Of a stretch of DNA of 64,000 nt, positions 1 to 14,100 are shown one piece after another. The notes under the pieces were generated by a model. The model was not told the DNA's origin, did no database searches, and saw only the letters and a program-made list of their open reading frames with translations. Source of the DNA: Phoronis australis. Its lineage: Eukaryota > Animalia > Phoronida. Each line of letters opens with the position of its first letter. Position 1 is the first letter of the stretch. The DNA lies in the NCBI GenBank assembly GCA_002633005.1, contig NMRA01000957.1, positions 24,990 through 88,989 on the forward strand, given 5' to 3'. The position numbers and the translations under genes were made by a program.

Positions 1-999
1 TTTCTTTTATTTAGGATTGGATATGTTCATATTCTACTCCATTCCAAAGAAAGTTCGTTTGAAGAGAATTGTAATGACATAATTGACTTACTGGGCCTTG
101 CTAGCACCTTGATCCTATACATGCCAACCTCCATTGAACCGTACTGATTCAGGCTGCGTCTGAGGTTTTAATTAAAACATATGTAACGCTGGCTTAATCT
201 CTATTTCACTTTTTATAATTATCTAGTGGCTTTCCCAAGGATTAACAATGACTACAATTTATGCCGAATAGCATTCACCTTCAAGCACACCTGATCAACC
301 AGTTCGACTAACATTAGGTTATTGAAGGCAAGATTAATCCACGCCATCTTGGAAGAATGGAGGAAGCAGAGATTAGTACCGAGACTTGCAAGTCGAAAGT
401 CTTCTTGAGGACAGAAGAAGTATGGACGGTTTTAATGAAAACAACTAATAGTCATACAGTGGGTATCTTTGTACATGTTGGCAAATAAATTCAGACAGTT
501 ATTACAGATAAAAGTTATAGTGTTTAAAATAAATTGTTCTCATTAATGTGAATGTAGNAAAGGTCCTCATACCGAAAAATTCGAGCCCCCCTATACTTTA
601 AGCTGGGTGCGCTCATGTAACGCACTGAAAAACTCATTGACTCACAAGTTAGCGCGGGTCACCGACTGCCAAACAAGTGTACAGACTCCATGTACGTTGT
701 TAGCAGTGGCGAATTGACTGTTAGACAGGTGAGGTTTTTGGCCTTGGCTAGCCGCGAAGCTGGGGCAGGACTATACTCTTTCACAGTGCTACGAAAGATA
801 GCGCTGTAGAGTGTTTGTTATTTATTATGACTTCTCATTGGTTGAGGTTATGAAACTGACGTCATAACATTGAGTCATTCCCATTGGTTGAAATCTGGGA
901 AACCTCTTTCAGTTTACTGTTACGTAGTATGGCGACCACCTTTGACTTGAAAAGTTGCAATTTATTAAAACGGGCAGTAATCAAAGTAAACAAAATCAA

Positions 1000-2800
1000 G
1001 GGATCCCTGATCCCGTAGAAAAGCCCAAATAATTACAATGCATAGAAGGCGTGGGCAAGTGGTGGCGATGTGATCGATAAACTTCAGACCAATCATGCGC
1101 ATTGATGCCCACACATGGAATTCCGTGTGTCGTTCATCATGTTACCACAGGGCCACTTTTCAGTATAGGTGGCGCTGTGTCAGAGGTTCGTGCAGGACCG
1201 GAAGCATAAGGAGGCATCAAAACCAGGTTGTATTGTTCATATCCACCGTCAGGGTTAGCGCGAACTAATAAAAAGATATGTACAAATATGATGAAAACAC
1301 CATTTGATTCCTGTTAGCTCGTTAAAAATGTGCCACAAACAAAGGGTCATTTTCAATGGTTTCATACAATCAACTACAAAAGCAGACCATTGGCATGTTT
1401 TGGGTCAAAGTGTGGCACGTGCTCCGGACCACGGGAAGTAAAATTGTGGGAAGGGAGAATATTGGTAGCTGGTGGTGAGGCGCCGGAAATTAAAAGGTCA
1501 ACGAAAATGGGCGACAACCAAGACGACGTTGAAAATTATCAGGTGTGGGGTCTCCTAATTGGTTATTCATCAGTCTGGTGTGGAAATCTTCAGTTAAGCG
1601 ATGTTGGTATGAATATTCCTTCCATCTAAGGGTAAGCGTGTGGTACTAGATAACCCAGCTTGAAAGTAACAACTGTGGGTACTGGACCCCTAACGACAGT
1701 GTCTCCAACAAGAGATCAACAGCAATCACCTCCAATCAGCTGGTTAAGTTCAATCATAGCTGCTCGTGGCACTTGACGACAGTTGGCACGTGATTATTTA
1801 CTGATGTGGAAATAGTAGGTAAAACGGCAGCATATATTGGCAACTTATCTAGACATGTTTGTTGTTCGATCGTCGTCGCTGGCCGGGCTTGAGTGAGGGG
1901 GTGGAATTCCCAGGTGTGGTTAGTCATTTCTGGTGGGTTATGGTCTACACGCACGTTGAGGCAGTTTTCGCACCCAATAACGTACGCTGGGATCCCTCTT
2001 CTCATAATATGTGTAGTGTAGTCTTTATGTCATTAACTTGATTGGTGGCAGTCTTCAGGAGACCAACAGGTGCCAATGATGGATTTAAAGTGAAGTGTGG
2101 GCACTGAAGAAACCTGTTGACGTTCTTAATGATTTTGGAGTCATTAGTAGCAAATTTATCCGTGATTGGCAGCTGGTTATGAATGAGCTGTAGGCTGGTG
2201 ATTCTGACGAGTGGAACATAGGGACGTATTGTGTTTTTGTTGGCATATGTGGCACCGGTTGCGGTACGGTAACTCCTTGTTGAGGTGGGGTCCTTGACAG
2301 ATGAAGAAATTCTCGTTGCTTGCATTCTCCAGACGTTGCTTATGGTCAGGAAATTTGGCGCAGCCATGTGTCATGTGACTTTCCTTGCAAAACGTACATC
2401 TTGGCGGTAGACGAACAAGTCGTGAGAGGTGGGCGATAGTTCACCTGTGGTGGGATAATCTTAGGCCAACGAAAATTCAAACTTTGATTTTGTATATTAC
2501 GTTAGAATATAAACTAATACTCACTGAATGCAGAATGATTCCTCCTTTCATGGTGACTGGAATCTCTTTGGACAGGGGAGCAGCATCGTTAGGGATGTGG
2601 ATTGGCGACAAACTCGAGTTTTGATGCTGGAAGGCAATTTCATTGACTCAAATGTACCATATGAAACTTTGCTTTGACCAAGTGCCTTGAGGCAGCGGTT
2701 ATTGTATCGGTAAAGAGACCGCCATTAAATTAGGGAGATTTGACGTAGTGAGATCAACTCGATCGTGCCATGAACAATGGGCCGTTCGCGGACACAGGAT
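1000..2800 (-). mobile_element. Degenerate BEL/Pao LTR retrotransposon (gag zinc knuckles, protease, start of RT) in the opsin intron
   Basis: Minus strand: RCLKALGQSKVSYG (Pao gag), CTFCKESH...C...FICQGPH...CHICQQKHNTSLC (triple CCHC knuckle, ~2210-2400), LLKTA...HIL*EEGSQRT (Pao aspartic protease), LIGGDCC*SLVGDTVVRGPVPTVVTFKLGYL. Many stops and frameshifts; ends approximate. Confidence 0.8.
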
Positions 2801-3339
2801 ACGAGTTTTGATACAAGCGTGAAAATAAAAATAATACTGAAATGAAAAGTTATCACAAGTGTTCTACTAACTTGAGAAAACGGTCGCAGTACTTTTGGGG
2901 TAGTACAAAGACCAACAGATGTCAATCCCTTGTGCTCATGGTCTTAAATTACCGTTACGACATTGTATTGATTTGAATTCAGTTTACTACTAGCTGGGTT
3001 ATTCTAGAAAAAATATTTTTGTTGAATTCGTAAAGTATTTTTGTTTGTGATGCTGTAAACACATTCTTGTTTTTGAAGCTTGTGCACGCCCCGGTTCAAG
3101 ATTAATGTGCGTGTGTTTCAACAGCGAGATTTGCTTTGATTTCGTGTTTCCCAGAATAAAATCAAGTTCTGGGATAGTGGAACTCAAAGCCTGCAATTTG
3201 GCGTGTTAATCGTTTACTGTTTGTTAGCTTGCTGTGGATTTTTGGGCCTCAAGGTTTCGCTTTAACATGACAACGGGTAAGTCTAATTATGATGATGTTG
3301 TGATACATAAACAAATAAACTGTTTCACTAATTTTACAG

Positions 3340-3567
3340 GTGATCCTGATTTCGTTGCTCCTTTACCTATTCGCCTGGACACCTTACGCCGTCTCTCACT
3401 TGTGTATCGCTGGAGGTGCCAACGTTCCAGTAACAGCAGTCGTTATTACCACACTGTTGGCCAAATCACAATGCGTATACAATCCTATCGTATTAGCTCT
3501 GGGTTACTCGGATCTGAGGGAAGCTATGAGAAGTCTGTTTGCGAGAAATACCGATATGACAGGCTGA
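3340..3567 (+). CDS. Opsin terminal exon (TM6-TM7-helix 8), open frame
   Basis: AG acceptor at 3338-3339; AWTPYA, LLAK (Schiff-base Lys), NPIVL in place of NPxxY; stop at 3565-3567. Confidence 0.8.
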   Translation: MILISLLLYLFAWTPYAVSHLCIAGGANVPVTAVVITTLLAKSQCVYNPIVLALGYSDLREAMRSLFARNTDMTG

Positions 3568-6500
3568 TTCTCGTATGTTGAATTCAAAATTTACGTTTTT
3601 GTAGAAATCTAAATTTTAAGAAATTCAAAAGAATTTATTTCTAGAAGCACGACTCGCAATCGTAGAAAAAAAATTGAACGTGTATCTGTAACAAAGTTGC
3701 TACCGATTGGGTGAGGAAAAAATGTCTAACAACATTCCTGCCATTGCCTGCAGAGATTGATTTCACCTTCTAAAGGCAATGACAGTCGTGAAAGGCTTAT
3801 AACGTGCTTTTTTCTCTCCAGAAGGCTTTTTTGTGTTGTGGAAATAGGCGAAACTGCTCACGAAAAAGTCATCCATCGAAGTGGTACATTTTCTACACCT
3901 CTTTTATGAGAGTATTCTCTCCCAGATCCAACCAAGGAGTCGGTGCATACCTGCTTAAAAAGATGAACCGCGCCAACATTCTATGCGTTGCTGCAGAAAC
4001 TGACTACCTAGGCCCCCTCGACGTCCGCCTTTTATTTGGCCCGCGGAGGCCAACAAGAATCAATCGTCGGACGTCACCGACGTAACCGTTGCCGCACGTG
4101 TCGCGCGTGGAGTTGACTACTAATAATCAGTGCATTCCACCAAGGAGTGGTGATTCCACGTTTAGAAAGGTGACCCAAACGTCACGATTAGGGTACTCTT
4201 TTATCGGCAAATGCATGTGTTATGACTTTGGTAATTGTTTGCTTATTTCACGGATATTGTAATCGGGGAAATTTCCTGTATTACAGCCCAAGCCAGATGC
4301 GAACTGTTTCATTGTGGCCGTGGTAATGATATTTCAAACGTAGTAAACTCATAAAGTATTTTATGTACAATTTGTTATTCTTAATGATAAGCTTCGGAAC
4401 ATTCCTCCGCATAATATGTTTTGTATTTTTCTTAAATTTCTGTATTACTTTATATTTGATATTGTATTGTTTATTCTAAGCATGAGATCACTGTGACAGC
4501 TTTGCTCACAAGTCATTGAACTGCACTGTCAAAATAAAAAAATAAAATGATCTTGCACGTTATGGTCATCAAAAATTGACATCGAAACTCACTTGTGTAA
4601 ATGGGTTACACTGTTATATCTCCATATCCAGCCTGGGAATGTATTTGGAGCTCTCTAACTATATGAGGCGATCTCTAACCTGTGACAAATTTTATGCCCA
4701 TAAGATATCCATTGCGTACTTTTTAAGGTACTCTTTCCTTAACGTTCACTAATTTAGAACGCAGGAAGAGTTCCGACAGTCGAAATATATCCATAAAATA
4801 TATACATTAGGTAGCTTTTTGCTATTTTACTATTAATCCACTTAAAAGTGGGCGGAGTTTTCAAGGAAACCTTACATATCGCGGCAGTTGAATGAGTATC
4901 CATAATCCATGCGTCAGTTGTCACTCACCAAAAATAAAAATTAAACTAAAATATTTCATTTTAATTCACTTAAGTTTGAAAATAGGTTTTGACTGAACTA
5001 ACTTGAGTTGAAATCTGTTATACGGTGTTTTTAATTAAAATGAAGCTGAAAGAGTGTTCTTGTGTTCCCCACTCGTAATTTATGAAAAAAGGTTAAACCA
5101 AGTAATTGTGGTCTAGAATAATTGATAGGAATAATCTCAGTAAAAAGCACTTGTGTATACATTCTCAGAGACATTACACTATTACTCGAATGAGATTCAA
5201 TTCTTTTTCAGAAATAGTTGTGTGGAAGGTAAGACTAAATTTCAGACTTCAGTTCTAAGTCACTTTGGATGAAATAGGATCCAGGTTAACCTGTTTCCTT
5301 TCTTCTTTTCGAGAAAATGATCACAAACGAATTGCATTTTTGAGCGAGAGCTTACTACGCAGTCAATTTCTTAAGGCTTCTTTCGAACGATGGCTTCTAT
5401 TACTCCACCAAGGCGTATTCAACCCAGTGCTCCATTTTTGAAGTAGCAAGTGACACAGATGAGAACCAACCTTACCACGCACAGAACAATTTTTACCACA
5501 TACAAAAACCTTAGCATGTGATGGAACTCCAACTGCGTAAAGATACTGTTAGGGCAAATGGTTGAAAGCATGACACATAGAAACTAGTTCGCGCAAATGT
5601 TTTGAGTGCGAGTGCCTGCATGACTGTGGGTGGAGTTCAAGCTCCGTGGTAAGGGTTTTGAGTGCGTGGTACGAGTTTTTGCTCTAAGCGGTAAGAGTAA
5701 AAGTTGGTTTCCAACCTCAGGTTGGTGTTTCTAAATGAAACTGTTTTCGTTTTGGACTGGACAGACAAGAGAATGTGTCATTCTACTGTAAAATTCACGA
5801 TTCGTTTGCCAAGATCCTACTATGCCGAAGTTGGCCAAGACAAAACCCAACTGAAGTGTCGTACGCGTACAGGATAACAAGCTGAGATCAGCATCTATCG
5901 CATATGACGCATCACTGTCGAATACTTCGATCTGGCTGCACAACAGACTACCCATATAGTCGGACGCTTGTTCGGTTGTCTACGAAGATTGTGGGATATG
6001 ATGTGTAACTTCTCACATCACAGTATTCGCGGCAAAACATGTATTTGGCACTTCGACAGTTATTCTATTTCAGTCGCGTGTTGGGTTTATCTAGTGTGCT
6101 CAGCTATCTTGGTACACTGCATCTTTTTCTTTTATCTTTCTTGACTTCATCACGAATCAATCCGTTTTCACCAGAACAAAAATAATTCAGCGTTTAGAAA
6201 CGATAGATTAGTTCAGACATATTTTTGCTAATCCTTTGATGGAACTGACCGAATCCCTGCTCAGTTTTCTGATGTATACACATGCAAAGTTTCAGTTTAC
6301 CATCGATATCTGTTGAACAATATTTCACCATACCAACTTCACTTCTGGTTAATTTAAATCACTTTAAGAACAAAAAGGAACACTAAAATTCCAGATTCTA
6401 AAATGACGCATGTGCGCATTGCCTGTAAGTTGAGTTGCCGGCTCATTCGGCAATAATTCAAGATCGGATGAGCGTGGCAAATCTTTAAATTCCAATGGGC

Positions 6501-6609
6501 GTCGACTACGAATTCAACGTTGACAGCTAAACATGGACGAAATGCAGCTTCAAAAGTAGCCACATGCTTTCCAAACACTTCCCTTCTAACCGTGGGTCAG
6601 ATCAAACAT

Positions 6610-6835
6610 AATGGACAAGAAACCGCGACTGATTATATCCACTCTAAAATTATGGGCCAAAAAACCCGACCCATTACATCCGTTATTAGGTAATGGGCCA
6701 GGAACTCCGACCTATAATATCCCTTCTATAGACTATCTAATACAATGGACCAGAACTCCGACGTATTATATCTGTTCTAATATTATGGACCAGGAACACC
6801 GACCTATTTTATCAGTTCCAATATAATGGGCCAGA
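6610..6835. repeat. Degenerate ~40-bp tandem repeat (about 6 units)
   Basis: Recurrent ATGG(A/G)CCAG(G)AACxCCGAC...TATATC units starting near 6612, 6652, 6693, 6746, 6786 and 6826. Confidence 0.7.
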
Positions 6836-9172
6836 ATGGTCAAAACAGTGGTAATGCGTGAGGAACTCCCACTCAAACGCGGTTCTCCACATCAAGCTCA
6901 TTCGGTACAATATTCTTGGGTTTCCGTAGGACGTTATCGTAATAATACGTCACCCGGAAATAGACGAACATTCCATCGAACAATCTTGCTCGGCTTACAT
7001 TGTTTACCATAATAATAGCCAGTTTTTGCAGTGATCCGCGGTAGCGGTAAAATGCTGTCGTTTTTCTGGAAACATTGCTGTTTTTCATTCTCTAAAGCCA
7101 TGTCAGAAATCGTCTCGGTAAACGCGGGCGCGTTTCTCTTGTGGAAAAGTTGAACACGTAACGGGGAGAGGAATTTGGGGGGAATTGTGGGTCTTGGGTA
7201 AAACTTCTGGGCCAACTAACACTACTGCTATTAGGCCTGTGCAACGCTTTGCGGTGTTTTTTTTTCAAATAAGAGCTATGGTAAGGATAAAAAGTGTTGA
7301 CGTGTATGCGGCCCTCTGGTCACCAGATCCAGTGCATGCACTACGTGCCTGAGTGTTTCGTGTTAAATCGCCAGTAAGCCGTGTTTGTAAGCGAGAAACC
7401 CTTTTCTTGTAAAAGGGACCAACCTACTCCAGTTCACTCATTCCCTACTTTTACACCCAACTCCTCTAAACCAGTCGACCTCGAGAGTAGTTCTGCGTCT
7501 CCATCTCATTTACAGCGTAAGCCAACACTTACATGTACTCTAGGCCAAAAATATGCTCGATTGCGATCTGCGCCCGCTTCATTTTTGAAACTGCCTATCA
7601 ACACTTAAAAAAGGAAAAGACCTGTCAGCATAGCTTTTGCCAAAAAATCATCTTTAATAGGCTTTTATGTCTTCGATGACAAATATTGTTGTCATGAGCC
7701 ATAGTGTTCCTGTTAGTGAAAATCACACAGTGTTCAGTTACAAAAAAGAAAGCTAAACAAGAGTGCGTTCCTTAGACACAAGAACCTAACGAACAAGCAA
7801 GATTATATCGTTGGCGAAATGAGTTGACGTTTACGCACGTAAATTACGTGCATAAGCTAATTCTTGTAAAGACGTCAAGTAAGTATTTGCGGCGTAAATT
7901 AGCTTTTTACGACGTAAAATAATCACAAATAATTATTTTACGACCTAAGAGTAATTATTACTTTACCAAGTATGGGGAAACCATAGTAGGCACCCAAACT
8001 ATGTAGGATTCCGAGAAACTTTAATCCTCCAGTGATCTTGTACTGGACTTCTCGTTCATGATTCTGAATCCTCGCTTGTAACCATCCTGAAAATCTTGGT
8101 CCACGTCTAAAATCTTGATGATTCAGTGATTTCATTTGCATCCGTCAATATCATTTTAGTTTTACCATTCACGGAGAATTGATCAAATGAAAATAAAACA
8201 CAACTTCCTTTGCGGGGTTAACATTTTTTGTAAAGTGTCTTGTTATAAACCTAATGTTAGTAGAATACAATTCTCCGGGCAGTCAGTGCAAATGAAGTAG
8301 AACAAACTCGACATCATAACATCAAAATCTCGTCTTTGGCATGCAATAGCGTATGTTGCCAATTAGTTGTTGTTGTGGCTGGTGTGGAAATGGAGTCCGC
8401 GTAATTACGTCAATTATGTAAATATAACAAGTGTCATCACTTATTAATACAAACGATGGCGTACTACCGAGGAAAGGGTGCTCAGTTCGTTACAAATTGC
8501 AATATGCGAAACGGAATTATAACTTAATCGGATGCTGCTGCAAAACATGAAAATGACAAGTCGTGTAATCTCCGACATACTGTTTAGATGGATCGATAAT
8601 TTCATTCCAATCGGATTGCAAGCACTTACGCGACATACTACGAGATAGTTTCCACCACTTTTAATCTGTGGAGACTTGTAACGAAAGAAACTGGTAATTT
8701 CTGTGTCAGCCGTAGACTACGTATAAATACAAAACAAGCTTGCAGCAACATAACAAGAAAAGAGTGTACAAGGTATAGGGTGTTCCAAACGTAATGACAA
8801 CCTAGTTTGAAAGCACATGCATTGTAATTGACCGCATGAATATTCATGAAATATATTTAAAACCATAACCTGATTCTTCTTGTGTCCTTTCTGGTCATAA
8901 AAATATAATTTTCATGAAATGTCGAAGATAGTCACCCGTAAGTGGTTTTACCCATTTATACCCGCTGAAAACATGCATAGAATGTCGATTAATTTGTTAA
9001 TGGAAAGAACTAAACTACGTTATGAGTGAAGACGAATATTGCTTTTATTGTGACACATTTGTTTTAAACCTAATTTCACTCAGACTGATCACTCCAGTAA
9101 CCACACATTCCGTTGCTTTGCTTGGGATTATATTTGAATTATGGAATTCATCTCATGTCTTGTTCTGTTTAG

Positions 9173-11116
9173 AACATTAACGCTTTTGTTAACTCGCCGG
9201 GTAAACCCTTTCACGTCGGCTGGAGGAGTCCTTTACCTGGCAGGTAAATCCACAAAAAGAAGTCAAGAAACGATAGGTCTGATGATCAAGGATTCAGTTC
9301 TTGGTTTTGTCCAAATATAAAGTAACTACATCGTAATTGAACATGGTAGAGTTCAGTAACGGTAGGAACTCGCTAGGGCCTCGTTAAAAGGGCAAGCCTT
9401 CGCGAGATATGAGAGCACGTGACTTTGGCTAGATTTTTTCGCCGCAAGACAGCTACTGACTCAGCTTTACCCATCTGTCGGAGTGTGTTCGGCACAGCGA
9501 GTGTTCGGTGCACTAAGTTGCATCCACGGAGCATGCGAGATGACGCCGTTATGCGGTAGGCCATTTGTGTTCATGATCTGGGGAGCGATATATACATTCA
9601 GCGTATTAGGATATGTAGGACCTTATCGAGTTGTCGGTGTTTTTAACCAAATATCAACAAGGCTACGGATTTTAACTTAGTAAAAGTATATATTTTCTGA
9701 AAGTAGAAAGATTGTAAAATTTGATTTTTGACTTTGTACCAGTCTGCTATTACTAGGATCACGTGAGAAGGGTTTTTTAGTAAAATAAAAAAGAAAAGCT
9801 CATCCATACGGGAATAGAGGTATCAATAACATGGGATGACCAAATTTCGTTCTATACAAATGGTTAAGATAAGTCTCAAAACGGTGTTACAGTTTTCAAA
9901 ACTATTATTTCGTTTTCGTTTTATGCAATTAGAGTTTTTCCATAAAAATAATAAGCCATATTTTTGATAAACCTTCATGCAAAAGCGAACAATAATTCCA
10001 CTTGGATAACAACGCATAATATATAGTGTCTGAAAGTTTCATACGCATCCAATTACCAATTTCTGTGATATGATGTTCTGGCGTTTTGCCAAATTTGCTC
10101 ATTATTCAGAAGCCCTTTCATTCGCGTTCCCAATAGCCATGCACGGAGCTCATATTCGAGATCGAAAAGGAGGCAAATCCACTTTGAATGTACACACCTT
10201 CCAAAGGTCACGAAATTGAAACCTTTATAGGTATTCATCAAAACTTTTGAGAATTAATGTATGAGATAAATACTTACAGTGACAGTGAAAATCCGTGACC
10301 CAGATTTCGATTTGCAAGCAGATAAATGAGACTGCCATAACTTTTGAGACAACCCTTACAACGCGTGTTTAACAAAAAGTGACATTGAGACTAGTCGTAC
10401 AATACAAACGCGTGACTAGAATGGGCAGAATCGTTGTTGCATTTGTTTTACTACCTGTCTCTAGCGCCAATGCTGAAGTCGAGAGGCAATTAGTAACGTA
10501 CACGAGTTGAGATTGAAACTTGTGGAGTGAGAACTGCTACACTTATCTGAACAGAAAAACGTGTGAACACACTTTACCCGTACAAGCTGACATTTGCTCA
10601 CTGCATAACATCCTCCGCTTACTTTTATTAATTTTATGCTGATGGAGCTCGATTAAGAATGTCAAAAAATATCAAATACTCCAAATATCACCAAAAACGC
10701 TTTCAAAAAGGTTACGCTTTATTTTAAGGTACGGATCACTCGCATAAGCTTTAAAATGCTCAGTACTCGAAAACTAATGCAACGGACGAAAGCTGGTATC
10801 ATCTTGCACCACAGAACTCTAGAACTGGAAAGTCAACTTCGTTCTCGCGCTGCTGACTGGGTTGCGCCGCGCATGCTTTGGATTTGTCTGCATTCATTTG
10901 TTCCGGTGTTGGTTCCTGCTATAGAGTAACAGAGCTTAGGGTGAAATGTTTGTACAAACGAAGTAAAGTCAGAGCTGTTATCACCGAAAACTCCTTCCAA
11001 ACAAATTTCATTAACATTTTGCGGTCTTATGACCCCAAGCGTGGTTAAAAGGGGACCATCTGCTTGTCATTCGGCGACTCGGGAAGCCCGCCGTGAGCAC
11101 TAGCGCTGCCAAGTTG
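9173..11116 (+). pseudogene. Trypsin-family (S1) serine protease relic exons
   Basis: Segment 10925-11116 (AG...GT bounded) reads VC...LTFCG...GPSAC, then after a 2-nt shift GDSGSP (11073-11090), then ..CQV|gtagg. Segment 9173-9243 (tttag...gtaaat) reads ...GKPFHVGWR, GWG-like. Stops and frameshifts present. Confidence 0.45.
9609..10097 (+). mobile_element. Kolobok-like TTAA MITE, diverged copy
   Basis: Colinear with 44066-44563 (GGATATGTAGGACCTTAT..., GATTTTAACTTAGTAAAAGTATATATTTTCT...). Ends approximate. Confidence 0.6.
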
Positions 11117-14100
11117 GTAGGCGAAACGTAAAGCCGTTTCAACATACTGCAATAATTTAATTCATAATTTCCTTAGCATATGTCCAAATGACAAAGCGCC
11201 ACCTGAGCTCTAACAGGATACCAGTATCATGTACCTAGGACAAACAATGACAAATATATATATTAACACTAGCAATTGTCACCTTCTACACTGTCACTAA
11301 AATTTTTCTTCTAACTCAAAAAAGTTTTTCAACCGGATTGCGTCAGGGTCATGTCATTAAAAAGCCCTTTATCAACTATCTATGGTACATGATTATACCA
11401 GAACCGAAAGATAAATAATTTACTTCATAAATAATTATCATTTTGCATACCTGACAGGTTTGAAAAATATTTATAATTCTAAAAACTAAAAACGTGTTAC
11501 TAAAATGCGAAAAATAGCGGGGTGTAAAACTGAAACCGTTCATGTAGTAATTAACTGAACAATTAACTAATTAGTCAACTAACAAGCTTAGAGTTGTTAT
11601 ATGAATGGATAATAAAACCTCCAGAAATATTATCAATGATTCAAAGATTGCTGTCAGATGAAGAAAAAAGTTTTTAGAATATGGATCCCTCGCATTTGCT
11701 GTAAAGAATTTAGTCGTGCATTCGTCCAAAATTATATACCTGTATGTATTAATTCGACCTTTGATACAATAAAATTGTTATATTTACAAAAAATGTGTCG
11801 CTAATTACACAAATCCCAGATTTGCAGATAAGGGTTTTGTGAGAGATAAAAATGGCCAACATCAATTGTGTATCTTTGCAATGTACTTTAGATTGATCAC
11901 TGTAACTGATGCAGTGTATGAGTTTACACACCTTCTGAAATCAAAATTAATAACGTAGAGTGTTTTACCGTAAACAAGAGGCATTAGAGCACATCTTCAC
12001 GGTTGTTGTGATGCGAAAGAAAGTGGAAAATAACAATATTCATAAAAAAGAGACAACATTATTTTGAACATCTGCTTCTTAGTTGTAAAATATAGACTGA
12101 CGGGATATACGGATAAGAAGCTATAGACACCTGGTAAGGATGCTCGCCGCAAAACACAAAAACGTCCCGACAGCGTCTTTTTTTTAGTCTGAGAAATTTA
12201 GGGTCTCGTAAATACCATGAAACGTCCCGTTTTTATTTTAGTGGAAAGGGAAAATAGAGCAATGTCGCGTGGGAAATTAAAATGGTATCATAAACTGTCA
12301 ATTTCGCGGGACATTTTGATGGTGTGGCCAGATGGTGGGAAAAAGTTCAAAAAAGTGGGACAGTCCACCAACAGTGGGACAATTGGCATAAACAATGTAC
12401 GCTGTTAGTACCACAAAATATTGGGTTGGCTTCTTTTACAAGATAAACGTTTCATTTGTTTATTTCACGGTTGTAGGTAAAATATTTCAGATAACATTAC
12501 TGTTCAGAAATCGAAAAGTATGTGGGCGACAGCGATTTATAAACAATAGAAAACAATAATTATGCATGCATGCATGACACACCTGTTAGTAGGGCTTAAA
12601 CTATTTTTTATATTTGCAGAATAAACAATCAGAAGTAAAGAGACTTACGTAAAAACTGTAACATGATTTTAACATCCAAAAATGTCTTATTAAGAATCTC
12701 CTAATGTAGATAGTGGCTCTAAGAGTGGATTTGAAAAGATATCAGAGGCCAGACAAATCCCAGCACCCGGCCAGGGCTATGGGTCGGTGAGGTGCGTAAA
12801 AAGAATGACCAGTGTAATACCATAGTCGGGTTTGTTGACTAATTTGCCAAGAAATCCCTGGTTGTCCGGAACCTTATCTCAAAAAACTCTCTTGGTGAAC
12901 AAAAATGACAAAATGAAAATGAAGGGACAACCGGAAATTCACAATGCAAACCCTCGCGGGTAGTCCCGTGAAATCTCGTGGTGGCAAGCTAATGCACGAA
13001 CGCATGGGTCACGTGTGGGCGTTGGAATTCCATGTCTAGAATTCTACGATTGCCCTTAAAAGGGAGCTAATTACCACGTTACCTAAATCACCATGCTTGG
13101 AATCTATTGTCACGGGTGCCATCAACCATTGTAGCATGCATGCTTGGCTTACTTATTTCTGAACTTTAGTCAGATTGCACATCCTCGGCAGACGCACCTT
13201 ACGGATTTCACGATTAAATTTCTTTATATTCCTTCGCTGAGCCCTCTTGTGACCACAAAGGAAACCTTTTCAGTGACAAAATGGTGACGTATGGGCAAAA
13301 ATCGCTTCTTTTTTGTTTCAAAATTTCAATCACAAAGTAAGTACGTTTTTGATCAGCAGTCATCGAAAACCCTCGCTTACGTTGGTCACCTCTCAAAAAA
13401 CGGCCTAATAGCCTAATCACCTGTTACTTACTCATGTTGCTTTTTGTTAAAAATGTCCATTAACAAATTGAGTTTGACTGGACATGCAACCTAGTTTTCT
13501 TCGCTCTAGCCACTCTATGTGTGTACAGAACGAGTGGACGGGGAAACAGACTACTCAAGTCTTCTGCCATTTTGAAAACATGTGTCTCACTTTGAGTGGA
13601 TTCTGCGGTTCTATTTTAGTTTAAAATAGCTATTCGTTTTACTAATAGACTTCGGTTAGTCGCCTAGTAATACGGCATGGTCAAGTTAAGTGCCATGTTG
13701 AAACACGTCATATCGAAACTACCAAACACATTAGAGACTTACCGCAGTGTTCCGTGCAAATGTCGAGAGCAGAGTGAAAGGTCGTTGAAAATGAAACGAA
13801 CAGAGTGAGTGTTGAAAAGCAGACAAGATGACGCAAGTCTTCGAGAGATTCCGTCATGCATTACAAGCAAAAAAGCGCGTGAATGATGTTTAATTACGCC
13901 CATCAGGTTATCCACCGATGAATCAACCTGTTTAGTCAATTCCTCATCAAATTTTCACACCTTGTCAATAAGATCTTTTCCTATGTTCTGCAAACGAACT
14001 CTTGGCGTTAAAAATACAGACTTTGGAAACACCAACAATCTGCTCCACATGATGTACAAAATTTGAAATTATGAACAGTATAGTGGGTCAAAGACTTCTA

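Larger units (their letters stand above)
15..3567 (+). pseudogene. Opsin (class A GPCR) gene, probably pseudogenised; 5' part lies outside the window
   Basis: Terminal exon 3340-3567 (ttttacag acceptor) reads VILISLLLYLFAWTPYA...LLAKSQCVYNPIV, i.e. TM6 WxPY and TM7 with the K296-equivalent Lys. Exon ~603-728 ends ...ELTVRQ|gtgagg, putting E exactly 18 residues before the TM6 Trp as in rhodopsin EKEVTRM...W, but it has an in-frame TAA (618-620). Exon from 15 (ttag acceptor) gives YWALLAP* and, across frameshifts, IEPY/DSGCV* (TM4/ECL2-like). A possible decayed TM5 exon lies at ~227-317. Confidence 0.7.

Noticed and set aside
1000-1750. Possible DIRS-type element
   Set aside because: The neighbouring gag knuckles and protease motifs are BEL/Pao-type; no tyrosine recombinase motif seen.
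3228-3276. Small AG/GT-bounded segment just upstream of the opsin last exon, and the 3234-3581 ORF
   Set aside because: In the opsin-compatible frame it has a TGA and no opsin motif. The exon ending at 728 fits the E...W spacing better, and the 115-aa ORF is a shadow frame.
6610-6835. CRISPR-like periodicity
   Set aside because: Units are degenerate along their whole length with no unique spacers or cas genes, and the context is eukaryotic.
9233-9244. TTACCTGGCAGG resembling the U1 snRNA 5' end
   Set aside because: Only 12 nt match; no downstream U1 stem-loops or Sm site.
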